DNA of 64,000 bases from Alphaproteobacteria bacterium (GTDB lineage: Bacteria > Pseudomonadota > Alphaproteobacteria > JAAXGF01), in contig CAUVXB020000001.1 of assembly GCA_963555825.3 (NCBI GenBank), positions 1,440,001 to 1,504,000 on the forward strand, read 5' to 3'. A model generated the notes under the pieces. That model did not search any database. It was not told where the DNA came from and saw nothing but the letters and a program-made list of their open reading frames with translations. This document shows, piece after piece, positions 44,141 through 55,540 of this stretch (position 1 is the first letter of the stretch; every line of letters begins with the position of its first letter). The position numbers were made by a program, and so were the translations under genes.

Positions 44141-44200
44141 CAATCGCGCCTCCTAAAAACAAATAGAGACATAATCATATCAATTTATCGATCAGGACAC
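43022..44200 (-). mobile_element. IS630 family element (type C, single ORF), TA duplication in CTAG
   Basis: IRs GTGTCCCGAT / ATCAGGACAC; TA at 43020-43021 and 44201-44202. Confidence 0.92.
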
Positions 44201-45470
44201 TAGATAGTATCGATACTCGGCCTTGCGGCACATACGCATCGGCCTAACCAGCTCTCCACTTACGAGCAGATCTCCCAGTAAAGCGCTCCGCCCCAAGGCG
44301 ACTCCCAAACTGTTTAGTGCCGCGTGAATCATCGAGAGAGAGTCGGTGAATACGAAGCCGGACCGTGCCATCAACTCGTCTTCGTTGACGTCTGCAAGCC
44401 ATGTTGGCCAGCCAATCCAGGGCTGCCGCCTGAATCCATCGATATCGTGAAGTAGATCGAAGTTTCGAAGATCTCGAAGGGTGTGGAGCGGCGGCCCCCG
44501 ATTGAGGAGCTTCGGACTGCAAACCGGGAAGATATCTTCGTCCGTAAGCAATTCAACATGCATGCCGGGCATCGCACCATCGAAATATCGAATAGCGATG
44601 TCCACATTCTCGGATGCGAACACGGACATATCGGTCGATGCATGCAAACGCAGCCTTATATCGGGCAGCCTCTGTGCGAAATTAGCGAGGCGCGGAATGA
44701 GCCAATTTACCACCATCGAAGGGAGTGCCGCGAGCGTAACGGTGCCGGTGAATCTGTCCTTTTGTATGACGGCGGAAGCCTTCGCAATCCGGTCGAGCCC
44801 TTCGGTCAGTTCGGGAAGGTAAGCTTTGCCTTCCTGGGTGAGTTCTAGACCGCGTGGCAGCCGGCGAAAGAGCTGTACACCAAGATGCTCCTCCAAGACC
44901 TTGACCTGCTGGCTAACCGCCGTGGGGGTCACATGGAGCTCGGCGGCCGCTCTAGAAATTCCCCCGTTTCTCGCGGCCGCCTCGAATGCGCGAACGGCAG
45001 TCAACGAAGGTAGCAGACGCGCCATGGGTATCACTCCAAATTTGGGTAAGAATTTCTTAGCCTAACACGAATTATTATTGGTTTGTGGTATGGCTCCCGG
45101 CCTTGCATGATTTGGTTCACTCACCGACTTGTCGAGACCGCTGCGAGGAGACCGGATTATGGGCGCTCTGACATCCGATATGCAAAGGCTGATCCGCGAG
45201 CAGATGCTCGGGTTCGTCGCGTCCGTCGACGAAGACGGAACACCCAATCTGTCACCCAAAGCCACGATGGTTGTGTTGGACGACGATCTCATAATCTTCG
45301 GCAACATACGTTCACCCAACACGGTGGCGAACCTGCGCCGAAATCCCGTCATCGAGATCAACTTCGTCGATCAATTCGTGCGGAAGGGATACCGATTCAA
45401 AGGCACGGCAGAGTACATCGAAAGAGGGACGAAGGAATTTGGAGAGCTGTATGATACCGCATCCGGCTGA

Positions 45471-46534
45471 TCAGTTCGGATAGATGGTTTTGGGCCACCA
45501 GTGGAAGTCGATACGCCCCTTGAAGAGTTCGGGATTGGCATCGAGAGTGAGGCAGCGCCGGGCGACGACGGCGTCGAGTTCCTCGATGGTCTCGAAGTGT
45601 CTGTTTGCGACCGGCTCGTCGAGTACGGGCCAGAGACATTCGGCCGGTTGCAGCTGGGGCGTATAGGGCGGCAAGTAGACGAGGTGGAGGCCTTCCGGCA
45701 CCGTGAGGTTCGGCGCCGTGTGCCACCCGGCGCCGTCGATCACCAGGATGATGATGCGGCTCTGCCCAGCGCCGGCCTCGCGGGCGAAGAGGGCGAGCAG
45801 CTTCTCGAAGAATGGCTTGGAGACACAATTGGAGATGTACCAAAAGGTCTCTCCGCTGGTCGGCGAGACGAGGGCGGTGACGTAGAGCCATTTGAAGCGG
45901 TGGTGGCCGAGCGCCACCGGGCGCATCCCGCGCGGCGCCCAGCAGCGCCGGGCCAATGGCTTCAGACCGAGCCGGTGTTCGTCGCTGGCGAAGACTTCGA
46001 TCGGCGTGCCGGGGTGGCGCTCGGCTTCTTCCGCGACCAGGCGGTGAAGTTTTTTTTAAACGCCTGGCGTTCTTCCTCGCTCGCCGCCCCGGGGTTGTTC
46101 GGCCTGGGCACCTGCAAACTCCACTCGACTGCCTTCAGCGCCTCCCAGCCCCGTTGCGGCGCCACCGTCTCCAAGCCCAGTTCGCCCGCCATCCAAGCCG
46201 CCACCTTCGGCCCAGACCACAAGCCGCCGTCCGCCGGCGGCTTTTTCAGGCGCTCTTTCAACACCGCCAGGACTTCCGGCTTCAGGATCGTCGCCTCGGA
46301 GCCGTTCGAGCGTCGACGATCGCCCAGCGACGACGGGCCGAGCTTGTTGTAGCGAGAAAGCAATTGTTCGAGCCAGCGTTGGCCGAAACTCGTCATCTCC
46401 GACACTTCGCGAACCGTATGGCCTTTGGCCAAAAGCCAGATCACCTGGAAGTGCCGCGCCTCCGTCGCCTCCGACGCCGAGCGATACCGTCCCTCCAACT
46501 CAGAAAGCTGCAAATGTTCCTCGACATGCGCCAT
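45471..46534 (-). CDS. IS630 transposase (frameshifted), copy 1
   Basis: orfA 45962..46534 and orfB 45471..45956 (IDGAGWH, YTPQLQPAE); TTTAAAAAAAAC slippery site. Confidence 0.85.
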
Positions 46535-46646
46535 GTCCCGCCCCTCCGCGAATCATGACTACGGATCCTAACCCTTTCCGATTCCAACGGGAATCCGTCG
46601 CAACCGAATCATTCAGGCGGAGCTGTATGATACCGCATCCGGCTGA

Positions 46647-47710
46647 TCAGTTCGGATAGATGGTTTTGGGCCACCAGTGGAAGTCGATACGCCCCTTGAA
46701 GAGTTCGGGATTGGCATCGAGAGTGAGGCAGCGCCGGGCGACGACGGCGTCGAGTTCCTCGATGGTCTCGAAGTGTCTGTTTGCGACCGGCTCGTCGAGT
46801 ACGGGCCAGAGACATTCGGCCGGTTGCAGCTGGGGCGTATAGGGCGGCAAGTAGACGAGGTGGAGGCCTTCCGGCACCGTGAGGTTCGGCGCCGTGTGCC
46901 ACCCGGCGCCGTCGATCACCAGGATGATGATGCGGCTCTGCCCAGCGCCGGCCTCGCGGGCGAAGAGGGCGAGCAGCTTCTCGAAGAATGGCTTGGAGAC
47001 ACAATTGGAGATGTACCAAAAGGTCTCTCCGCTGGTCGGCGAGACGAGGGCGGTGACGTAGAGCCATTTGAAGCGGTGGTGGCCGAGCGCCACCGGGCGC
47101 ATCCCGCGCGGCGCCCAGCAGCGCCGGGCCAATGGCTTCAGACCGAGCCGGTGTTCGTCGCTGGCGAAGACTTCGATCGGCGTGCCGGGGTGGCGCTCGG
47201 CTTCTTCCGCGACCAGGCGGTGAAGTTTTTTTTAAACGCCTGGCGTTCTTCCTCGCTCGCCGCCCCGGGGTTGTTCGGCCTGGGCACCTGCAAACTCCAC
47301 TCGACTGCCTTCAGCGCCTCCCAGCCCCGTTGCGGCGCCACCGTCTCCAAGCCCAGTTCGCCCGCCATCCAAGCCGCCACCTTCGGCCCAGACCACAAGC
47401 CGCCGTCCGCCGGCGGCTTTTTCAGGCGCTCTTTCAACACCGCCAGGACTTCCGGCTTCAGGATCGTCGCCTCGGAGCCGTTCGAGCGTCGACGATCGCC
47501 CAGCGACGACGGGCCGAGCTTGTTGTAGCGAGAAAGCAATTGTTCGAGCCAGCGTTGGCCGAAACTCGTCATCTCCGACACTTCGCGAACCGTATGGCCT
47601 TTGGCCAAAAGCCAGATCACCTGGAAGTGCCGCGCCTCCGTCGCCTCCGACGCCGAGCGATACCGTCCCTCCAACTCAGAAAGCTGCAAATGTTCCTCGA
47701 CATGCGCCAT
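46647..47710 (-). CDS. IS630 transposase (frameshifted), copy 2
   Basis: Same translation as copy 1. Confidence 0.85.
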
Positions 47711-47887
47711 GTCCCGCCCCTCCGCGAATCATGACTACGGATCCTAACCCTTTCCGATTCCAACGGGAATCCGTCGCAACCGAATCATTCAGGCGGAGTC
47801 GGTATGACAGGTTCGAGCAATGGGGTGACTTGAGCAAAGAAATACAGGGAATCGTGAAATTGAGGGTGGAGCGCGCGCGGCCACTAA

Positions 47888-49062
47888 TACCAGTGAGCCT
47901 ATGAAATCACCTTCATGATCCATGGATAGGCGCAGAGGGTTCGCATACGATCCGGTTCTGCGATGAGGTCGATCCATGCTTGGCAACAGGCGTCGATGAT
48001 GGCCTCGGTGTCGTCGAGGACGCGGAGCGATAGGAAGCGTTCGCGTAGGTAGAGCCAAACCCGCTCGACGGGGTTGAGTTCGGGACTGTAAGGCGGCAAC
48101 AGCGCCAAGGTGACGTTGTCGGGGACGGTGAGGGCGCGCTCGTCGTGCCAACCGGCGCCGTCGCACATCATGACGGCGTGCGCATCCTGGTCCAGGGTAT
48201 CGGCGAAGTGTGCGAGAAACAGGTCCATGACCTTGGCGTTGACGCTCGGCATCACCAGGGTGACGTCGTCGCCGGTGTCCGGGCGCACGGCGGAGAAGAT
48301 GTAGGCCCACTGGTAGCCGATTTGACGCGTCCCGGGGGCACGCTCGCCCCTGCGCCACCACCGGTGACACACCCGGCCCTTGTTGCCGACGCGCGCTTCA
48401 TCCTGAAACCACAGCTGTAGGCGCTTGTCGGGATGCGCCGCGGCGGTCGCCTTCAGGATGTCGCGAAGCCCCCTTTTTTGAAGCGCTCCTGCGCTTCGGC
48501 GTCCCTTCGCGGGTGGCTCGGGCGCGCCTTCTGGCGGGAAAATCCCATCCGCCGTAGAACCCGGGTCATGCTCGAGGGGTGGTAGGTCTTGGCGAAGCGC
48601 TCCTCCAGCCAGCGGCACAGATCGGCCCGGGTCCAGGCGCAAACCCCGTCGCGCTCAGGCTCCGGCCCGGCGATGATGACCGCCGCCAGCGCCGCTTCCT
48701 CGTCTGCCGTCAGCCGCCGCGGCGAGTAGCCCTTTGGACGGTCGTGAAGCCCCTCCAATCCCTTTGCATTGTAACGAACAACCGCGTCGCGAAGCGTTTG
48801 GCGATCCATCCCCGCAAGCCGCGCGGCATCAGCCCGGGGCATCTCCTCCAAAGCATTCGCGATCCCATAGGCCCGCGCCGCCGCTCGACCGTACGATTCC
48901 ACGCGAGCCCAGCGCCGAAGCTCCAAAGGCGTCAAATCATCCCGTATCTTGAGTGCTGATCCCATGACATCCCCCACATCTGGTGGGAGACCATAGAATC
49001 ACAATCCGCCATCATCCGCCATCAATGAATATCCCGAGAGTCAATTCAGGCGCTCACTGGTA
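47888..49062 (-). mobile_element. IS630 family element (type B), copy 2; transposase 47899..48965
   Basis: Reverse complement of 31685..32859; TAA at 47885-47887 and 49063-49065. Confidence 0.92.
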
Positions 49063-49275
49063 TAAGTACTCCGGCATATGATATCGGAGCAACAGAGAAA
49101 GAATTACGGGCGCATTGGCAAGACCATTTCAAGGCTATACAGCCAGAAGATCGATAGTGTTGGCGATTTTCCCCTAAGAGCACGATCAAGGGGATAATCG
49201 ACAAACTCATAGCGGTGATGGATAGGTTTCAGCCGGTTGTCACGTACACGGCTATTGACGGTCGGGTGAAGTTTC

Positions 49276-49410
49276 GCGGATCCGGGATTAGCCATCAGCG
49301 GTCATTCGCGTCGGTGCGCGGAGAGGCGTTAAACGACCGATTTCGACCCGAGGCAGCCATTCGGAGCATGTGGCTCCAATGCCCGGTTTCGGATCACTTT
49401 TCAGTCGTCC
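49276..49410. repeat. Three degenerate 32-34 bp palindromes (RAAYGNCCG-N14/16-CGGNCRTTC)
   Basis: Units at 49276-49307, 49331-49362, 49377-49410. Confidence 0.55.
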
Positions 49411-49423
49411 AAACGCGAAGCCG

Positions 49424-49777
49424 CTAGCCGTCGTCGTCGCGCATGCGCCTCAAGACATCGCCCAGGCGCGCGTCCGGGTCGGCTGTCATCGCCTCGACCT
49501 CACGCCACGGGAACAGCCGCGCGATGACATAGGCCGTCAGCCCGACATAGCCCGCTATCACCAGCCAGTGGTCGTAGGCCGACCCTTCGCCGAACAGCGC
49601 GGCGAACAACGCCGGCAGCATGGCGAGCTCGACGCCGACGAGCCCGATGAACAGGCCGATCAGCTTGGCGCGCAGCGTTTGGATCGGACGTCGCCGCAGA
49701 CGGCGGACGAGCGCGATGGCGGCGATCAAGGCGCCGCCGCACAAGGCGAGAACGAGGAGCGTCCCGCCACCGACCAT
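49424..49777 (-). CDS. Small membrane protein
   Basis: Three hydrophobic segments; directly downstream of the thioesterase. Confidence 0.6.
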   Translation of the reverse strand: MVGGGTLLVLALCGGALIAAIALVRRLRRRPIQTLRAKLIGLFIGLVGVELAMLPALFAALFGEGSAYDHWLVIAGYVGLTAYVIARLFPWREVEAMTADPDARLGDVLRRMRDDDG

Positions 49778-49783
49778 CCCGCC

Positions 49784-50173
49784 TTACTCCGGCGGTACCG
49801 GCCGCGGGCGGCCATCGGCATCGATCGCGACGAAGACGAAGGTGCCCTCGGTGACCTTGACCGTTTCGCCGCCGGCGCGCCGGCGCGCCAGGGTCTCGAC
49901 CTTGACCGTGATCGAGGTCGTGCCGGTCGCAACCACGTCGGCGTAGCAGCTCACCAGGTCGCCGACGTAGACCGGCTGATGAAACTCCATGCCCTCGACG
50001 GCGACCGTGACGGCGCGTCCCTTGGCGCGCGCCGCGGCGGCGATGCCGCCGGCGATGTCCATCTGGCTCATCAGCCAACCGCCGAAGATGTCGCCTGACG
50101 GGTTGGTATCGGCCGGCATGGCAAGCATGCGGACGGCCGGCTGGCGTTCCACGATCGGTGTCGGATCGGACAT
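49784..50173 (-). CDS. Acyl-CoA thioesterase (YciA-like hotdog fold)
   Basis: AMPADTNPSGDIFGGWLMSQMDIAG motif. Confidence 0.92.
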   Translation of the reverse strand: MSDPTPIVERQPAVRMLAMPADTNPSGDIFGGWLMSQMDIAGGIAAAARAKGRAVTVAVEGMEFHQPVYVGDLVSCYADVVATGTTSITVKVETLARRRAGGETVKVTEGTFVFVAIDADGRPRPVPPE

Positions 50174-50222
50174 GCGGGCTCCTTACACCAAGGAACAGGC
50201 GACGATCACTGGCGCGCCGGCC

Positions 50223-51422
50223 TCACAACTTGATGTGCTCGCCGAGGAATTTGACGCCCATGATGTTGTTGGCGAACTGGCGTACCTCGCAGTTGTAGGC
50301 ATTGCCGCCCGAGATGCGCAGGACGACGAAGCGCGGGCAGTCGAAGTGCGACGGGAACTGCAACCGCGCGCCGCCCTCCGATAGATTGCGCACGACGCAA
50401 TCGACGATCGACGTTTCGTTGTTGAATGAGATCTTGCCGCCCTTGTAGACCTTGAAGCGCGGATGCGACCGATGTTCCTGCTTGTCCATCTGGACGAGGT
50501 TCGCGGCGTCGTCGGCGGCCTCGGCGACCGCGGTCTGGGCCGCGCTCTCGGCGGGTAAGCCAGGCGATTCGCGCACCATGAGCGACAGCAGGGTCGGGTC
50601 GGGCGTTTCGAGCATGCGCAGATAGGCCGACAGCGCCTTGCGCTGCTGGCGCAGTTCGGTCACGTCGTTCGCGATGCCCGCGACGCCGGTGATGTCACCG
50701 TCACGGGTCAGGGCGCGCAAGCTGAGGATGATGATCCGTACGCTGGCGTCGGGACGGCGGACTGTCGCCTCGTGATTGGACACGAAATAACCGTCCTCGA
50801 TCACCTTGGCGACCAGCGCCTCGGCCTCGGCCGGGTCGTCGCTATCGATCAAGCCGGCGAAGGACGCACCGATCAGATCGGCGACCGGCCGGCCCGTCAT
50901 CTCGGCGGTCATCTGGTTCGCGCTGGTGATCTTGCCCTCGATGTTCAGCGAGAAGATCGAGATCGTCGCGCTGTCCATGACCATCTGGAGATGCTCGGCC
51001 TGCTCCTCGATCGTCCGGTTCGCCGCCTCTAGTCCTTGGGCGGCGTTCTTCAGTCCGAGGTGTGTCTTGACGCGAGCGCACAGCAGCGCATCGTCGATCG
51101 GCTTGGCGATCCGGTCGTTGGCGCCCGCCGCCAAAGCGCCCGCGATGCCGTCGGCCGCCTCCGCCAGCATGATGACCGGCAGGTCGGCCGCCGAGTGGGT
51201 CTTGCGGATTTCGTCGAGCACGGCCCGACTGTCCATGTCGGGTATCGTCTCGTCGAGCAGCACGAGGTCCAACGGGCCGTTGCCGATGCGCGCCAGCGCC
51301 TCCCTGCCGCTCACCACGGCCTCGACGCCGCATCCCTCGCGGCCAAGGCAAACCGCCAGGGCCGCCGTCACCGCCTCGTCGTCATCGACCGCGAGGATCG
51401 ATCGTTGGATTGTGTCCGTCAT
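50223..51422 (-). CDS. Receiver-PAS-PilZ domain protein
   Basis: ILAVDDD/LLDE/KP REC, PAS ending NDVTE, RSHPR...NLSEGGA PilZ motifs. Confidence 0.82.
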   Translation of the reverse strand: MTDTIQRSILAVDDDEAVTAALAVCLGREGCGVEAVVSGREALARIGNGPLDLVLLDETIPDMDSRAVLDEIRKTHSAADLPVIMLAEAADGIAGALAAGANDRIAKPIDDALLCARVKTHLGLKNAAQGLEAANRTIEEQAEHLQMVMDSATISIFSLNIEGKITSANQMTAEMTGRPVADLIGASFAGLIDSDDPAEAEALVAKVIEDGYFVSNHEATVRRPDASVRIIILSLRALTRDGDITGVAGIANDVTELRQQRKALSAYLRMLETPDPTLLSLMVRESPGLPAESAAQTAVAEAADDAANLVQMDKQEHRSHPRFKVYKGGKISFNNETSIVDCVVRNLSEGGARLQFPSHFDCPRFVVLRISGGNAYNCEVRQFANNIMGVKFLGEHIKL

Positions 51423-51689
51423 CGTCGTACCCACGCCCCCCAGAAAACGGCGGGAGGGATCGCTCGATACCCGGTCGATTGGAATTGTGCGCAGAAAAGT
51501 CGACCATAATCCCCCCCCGGAACTTCGACTACGCCGCCGCAACTTAGCGCGTCGGCGCACGGGCCGGAAGCGATTTGGCGATCGCATGCACCATGGTCTC
51601 AACAAACGACATCAATATAACGGTACAATCGCTTGTTATATCTATATAAATTTAAATCATAGGGGTCGGGGACACGGCCGTCCGTATGG

Positions 51690-52031
51690 TTACAGCGCGG
51701 TGAGGTCGAGTTCCAGTTTGGCGCCCAACCAGAGCGCAGAATCGCGGTGATCGACCAGGTCGTCACCGGTCTCGGGATGGATGAAGACGACGAGATCGGC
51801 GTGGTTGAGCATCAGCCACGGGACGATCGCCGGAAACACCTCGGGCGCGAACGCGACCTGGTACATCGCCTTGGGGTGCGGCCCGACGGGCTCCTCGCGC
51901 CAGCGGCCGAGGCGGACGTCGAAGGCGGCGTCGATTTCCTCGCGCAGGCGTTCCGCCGTCGCGCGGTTCGCCTCGTCGAAGTAGATGTGGGCGTGGTAGC
52001 CGTTGATCGTGGCCGTGTCGCGTGCGCTCAT
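51690..52031 (-). CDS. DOPA 4,5-dioxygenase family protein
   Basis: YHAHIYFD, PVGPHP, FIHPETG..DH..ALWLG motifs. Confidence 0.88.
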   Translation of the reverse strand: MSARDTATINGYHAHIYFDEANRATAERLREEIDAAFDVRLGRWREEPVGPHPKAMYQVAFAPEVFPAIVPWLMLNHADLVVFIHPETGDDLVDHRDSALWLGAKLELDLTAL

Positions 52032-52375
52032 TCGACGGGCTTGATCCCCTGGCTGTCGAACAGCTCCTTGAGCTCGCCGGTCTGGAACATCTCGCGGATG
52101 ATGTCGCAGCCGCCGACGAACTCGCCCTTGACGTAAAGCTGCGGGATCGTCGGCCAATCGCTGAAGCTCTTGACGCCATCGCGCAGCGGCGAATCGGTCA
52201 ACACATCGATGCCCTTGAAGCGGACACCCAAGTGGCTGAGGATCTCGACCACCGTCGCCGAGAAGCCGCACTGGGGAAACACCGGCGAGCCCTTCATGAA
52301 GACGACGACCTCGTTTTCGGCGACTTCCTGGCTGATGCGCTGGTGCACGGGGTTCTGGTTGTCCATCGCTTTCAT
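52028..52375 (-). CDS. grxD: Monothiol glutaredoxin Grx4
   Basis: FMKG..FPQCGFS, WPTIPQLYVKGEFVGGCDI. Confidence 0.93.
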   Translation of the reverse strand: MKAMDNQNPVHQRISQEVAENEVVVFMKGSPVFPQCGFSATVVEILSHLGVRFKGIDVLTDSPLRDGVKSFSDWPTIPQLYVKGEFVGGCDIIREMFQTGELKELFDSQGIKPVE

Positions 52376-52397
52376 TCCTTTCTTGACCGCGGCGCCT

Positions 52398-52637
52398 TCA
52401 GGCGTCGTCGGGTGCGGCGGTCTGCAGCATGAGCGCGTGGAGCGTGTCGCCCATGCGGCCCTGCAGCGCCTTGTAAACCATCTGGTGCTGTTGAATGCGG
52501 CTCTTGCCCTTGAAGGCCGGCGCGATGACCTGCGCCGAGTAATGGTCGCCGTCGCCGCGCAGGTCCTCGATCGTGACCTTCGCGCCGGCGATGCCATCTC
52601 GGATCAGGCGTTCGATCTCGGCGGCGTCCATGGCCAT
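52398..52637 (-). CDS. bolA: BolA family protein
   Basis: GDGDHY, FKGKSRIQQHQMVY, LHAL; next to grxD. Confidence 0.9.
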   Translation of the reverse strand: MAMDAAEIERLIRDGIAGAKVTIEDLRGDGDHYSAQVIAPAFKGKSRIQQHQMVYKALQGRMGDTLHALMLQTAAPDDA

Positions 52638-52664
52638 GGCTTTACCCCTTTACCGGCGCACCGT

Positions 52665-54854
52665 TCAACTCGCCGCCATGTAGTTCGGCAGCCAGGCTTC
52701 GTGCGCCTCTCGTAACTCACCCAGCGATATAGGGTTCTCGCCCGACACTGTCAACGAAGCCCCGCCGGTGCGACCGATGGACTGCGCGGGCACGCCGGCC
52801 GCCATCGCCTCGGCGATGACCGTCGCCGCCGCCTCGGCGGGCACGCTGACGACGTAGCGCGCCTGATCCTCTCCGAACAGCCAGGCGTGAAGCGCCGGTC
52901 CGTCTTCGGGCGGCGTCAGCGTCGCGCCCGTGCCGCCGGCGAGCGCCATCTCGGCGACCGCGACGAGCAGCCCGCCGTCCGATACGTCGTGGCAGACGCT
53001 CACCCGGCCCGCCTCGATCAGGCCGCGGGTGAAGTCGCCGTTGCGCTTCTCGGCCACCAGGTCGACCGCCGGCGGCGGGCCCGCCTCGCTGCCGGCCAGC
53101 TCGCGCGCATACAGCGAGGCGCCCAGGTGGCCCCGCGTCTCGCCGATCAGCACCAGCGTCTCGCCGGGCGCGGTCAGCGCCGGCGTCGCCGTGCGATCGA
53201 GATCGGCGATCAGGCCGACGGCGCCGATCGCCGGCGTCGGCTGGATCGCGCGGCCGTTGGTCTCGTTGTAGAACGACACGTTTCCCGAGACGACCGGGAA
53301 GTCGAGCGCGCGGCAAGCCTCGCCGATGCCCTCGACGCAGCCGACGAACTGGCCCATCACCTCGGGCCGCTCGGGGCTGCCGAAATTGAGGCAGTCGGTG
53401 ACCGCGAGCGGCCTGGCGCCGACCGCGGTCAGATTGCGCCACGCCTCGGCGACCGCCTGGGCGCCGCCGGTCTTCGGTCCGGCGGCGCAATAGCGCGGCG
53501 TACAGTCGGTCGAGATCGCCAGCCCCTTGCCGGTGCCGTGGACGCGCACCACGGCGGCGTCGCCGCCCGGTCGCTGCACGGTGTCGGCCATGACCATGTG
53601 GTCGTATTGCTCCCAGACCCAGCTCTTGTCGCAGAGATCGGGGCAGCCGAGCAAACGCGCGAGGCATTCGGCGACGCTCGCCGATACCTCCCCGATGTCG
53701 GCCTCGGGCGCGTCGGCCGGCGGGTCCCAAGGCCGATCGTATTTCGGCGCCGCCTGGACGAGCGGCGCGATCGGCAGATCGGCGACCGTCACACCGCCCG
53801 CCTTGAGCACCATTCGCCCGCTGTCGGTGATGACGCCGATCACGGCGAAATCGAGTTCCCATTTGCGGAACACTTGGGTCGCCTGTTCGACGGCGCCCTC
53901 GGCGAGCACCATGAGCATGCGCTCCTGGCTCTCCGACAGCATGATCTCGTACGCGCTCATGCCGTCCTCGCGGCGCGGCACGGCGTCGAGATCGAGCTCG
54001 ATGCCGACGTCGCCCTTGGCGGCCATCTCGAACGACGACGAGGTCAGTCCGGCGGCGCCCATGTCCTGGATGGCGACGATGGCGTCGCTCTCCATCAGCT
54101 CGAGACAGGCCTCGATGAGGAGCTTCTCGGTGAACGGGTCGCCGACCTGCACGGTCGGCCGCTTGGCCTCCGAATCGTCGTCGAACTCGGCCGAGGCCAT
54201 GGTCGCGCCGTGGATGCCGTCGCGCCCGGTCTTCGAGCCGACGTAGACCACCGGGTTGCCCACCCCGCTCGCCGCCGAATAGAAGATTCGCTCGGCGTCG
54301 GCGATGCCCACGGTCATGGCGTTGACCAAGATGTTGCCGTCGAACGAGTGGTGGAAGGTGCATTCGCCGCCGACGGTCGGCACGCCGACGCAGTTGCCAT
54401 AGCCGCCGACGCCGGCGACGACGCCGGCCACCAGGTGGCGCGTCTTGGCGTGGTCGGGGCTGCCGAAACGCAGCGCGTTCAGATTGGCGACCGGCCTGGC
54501 GCCCATGGTGAAGACGTCGCGCAGGATGCCGCCGACGCCGGTCGCCGCGCCCTGGTAGGGCTCGATGAACGAAGGATGGTTGTGGCTCTCCATCTTGAAC
54601 ACCGCCACCTGGCCGTCGCCGATGTCGATCACACCGGCGTTCTCGCCCGGCCCGCAGATCACCCAGGGCGCCTCGGTCGGCAGCGTCGCGAGCCACTTGC
54701 GCGACGACTTGTACGAGCAGTGCTCGGACCACATGACCGAGAAGATGCCGAGCTCGGTCGGGTTCGGCGCGCGGCCAAGGATGTCACAGGCCGCGTCGTA
54801 CTCGTCGTCGGTCAGCCCCATCAGGTCGTTGGGGCGGGTCGCGGGGCCGCTCAC
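52665..54854 (-). CDS. purL: Phosphoribosylformylglycinamidine synthase subunit PurL
   Basis: [41 protein letters not shown]. Confidence 0.97.
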   Translation of the reverse strand: MSGPATRPNDLMGLTDDEYDAACDILGRAPNPTELGIFSVMWSEHCSYKSSRKWLATLPTEAPWVICGPGENAGVIDIGDGQVAVFKMESHNHPSFIEPYQGAATGVGGILRDVFTMGARPVANLNALRFGSPDHAKTRHLVAGVVAGVGGYGNCVGVPTVGGECTFHHSFDGNILVNAMTVGIADAERIFYSAASGVGNPVVYVGSKTGRDGIHGATMASAEFDDDSEAKRPTVQVGDPFTEKLLIEACLELMESDAIVAIQDMGAAGLTSSSFEMAAKGDVGIELDLDAVPRREDGMSAYEIMLSESQERMLMVLAEGAVEQATQVFRKWELDFAVIGVITDSGRMVLKAGGVTVADLPIAPLVQAAPKYDRPWDPPADAPEADIGEVSASVAECLARLLGCPDLCDKSWVWEQYDHMVMADTVQRPGGDAAVVRVHGTGKGLAISTDCTPRYCAAGPKTGGAQAVAEAWRNLTAVGARPLAVTDCLNFGSPERPEVMGQFVGCVEGIGEACRALDFPVVSGNVSFYNETNGRAIQPTPAIGAVGLIADLDRTATPALTAPGETLVLIGETRGHLGASLYARELAGSEAGPPPAVDLVAEKRNGDFTRGLIEAGRVSVCHDVSDGGLLVAVAEMALAGGTGATLTPPEDGPALHAWLFGEDQARYVVSVPAEAAATVIAEAMAAGVPAQSIGRTGGASLTVSGENPISLGELREAHEAWLPNYMAAS

Positions 54855-55540
54855 CCGAGCGCCTCGACGAGGGAGTCGAACATCGCCCGGCCGTCGTCGC
54901 CGCCGAGCGCCCGATCGGCGAGGCGTTCCGGGTGCGGCATCATGCCGAGCACGTTGCCGGCGGCGTTGAACACGCCGGCGATGTTGTCGCGCGAGCCGTT
55001 CGGGTTGGCGCCATCGGTCAATTCTCCATCGGGCGTGGTGTAGCGAAAGGCGATCCGGTCGTTGTCCTCGAGCGCCTTGAGGCCGTCGTCGTCGACGTAG
55101 TAGTTGCCGCCGTGGTGGGCGACGGGCAAGCGCACCACCTGGCCGCGCTGGTAGCGACCGGTGAACATGGTGCCGCCGACCTCGACGCGCAGATGCACAT
55201 CGCGGCAGACGAACTTCAAATGCTCGTTGTCGAGCAGCGCGCCGGGCAGCAGGCCGGCCTCGGCGGCGACCTGGAAGCCGTTGCAGACCGCGAGCACCGG
55301 CGTGCCCGCCTTGGCGCGCGCGCAGACCTCGCGCATGACCGGCGAATGCGCCGCCATAGCGCCGGCGCGCAGGTAGTCGCCGTAAGCGAAGCCGCCTGGC
55401 AGCACGATCAGGTCGAGCGCCGGCAGCTCGGCGTCGCCGTGCCAGACCATCAGCGGCGGCGCGCCCATGGCGTCGGCAAGCGCAACCTGGATGTCGCGAT
55501 CACAGTTGGATCCGGGGAAAACGACGACGGCGGCCTTCAC
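54851..55540 (-). CDS. purQ: Phosphoribosylformylglycinamidine synthase subunit PurQ
   Basis: [33 protein letters not shown]. Confidence 0.97.
   Translation of the reverse strand: MKAAVVVFPGSNCDRDIQVALADAMGAPPLMVWHGDAELPALDLIVLPGGFAYGDYLRAGAMAAHSPVMREVCARAKAGTPVLAVCNGFQVAAEAGLLPGALLDNEHLKFVCRDVHLRVEVGGTMFTGRYQRGQVVRLPVAHHGGNYYVDDDGLKALEDNDRIAFRYTTPDGELTDGANPNGSRDNIAGVFNAAGNVLGMMPHPERLADRALGGDDGRAMFDSLVEALG

Larger units (their letters stand above)
42921..45025 (-). pseudogene. LysR (GcvA-type) regulator split by IS630
   Basis: LPSLTAVRAFEAAAR HTH; IS removal restores [35 protein letters not shown]. Confidence 0.85.
45455..47804 (-). mobile_element. Tandem dimer of an IS630 family element (type D), 1176-bp period
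   Basis: IRs TACCGCATCCGGCTGA / TCAGGCGGAGTCGGTA; TGA at 45452-45454 and 47805-47807; identical ORF sets offset by 1176. Confidence 0.9.
45159..49157 (+). pseudogene. Pyridoxamine 5'-phosphate oxidase-like FMN-binding protein split in three by two IS630 insertions
   Basis: GTPNLSPK, NLRRNP motifs; pieces 45159-45454, 47808-47887 and 49066-49157 join in frame (ELYD-RFEQW...RPLS-TPAYDIGATEKELR...*). Confidence 0.85.

Noticed and set aside
31685-49062. Composite transposon or inversion bounded by the two inverted type-B IS630 copies
   Set aside because: Each copy has its own TSD and its own host gene reconstructs locally, so they are independent insertions
51690-52031. Betalain/DOPA pathway linked to the Tyr-rich secreted protein
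   Set aside because: The genes are 50 kb apart, no tyrosinase is present, and this dioxygenase family is common
52717-55043. Long overlapping ORFs on purL (671 and 718 aa) and similar ones on glnA, the kinase and the cytochrome
   Set aside because: Shadow frames typical of high-GC coding DNA; Arg/Gly-rich and without recognisable motifs
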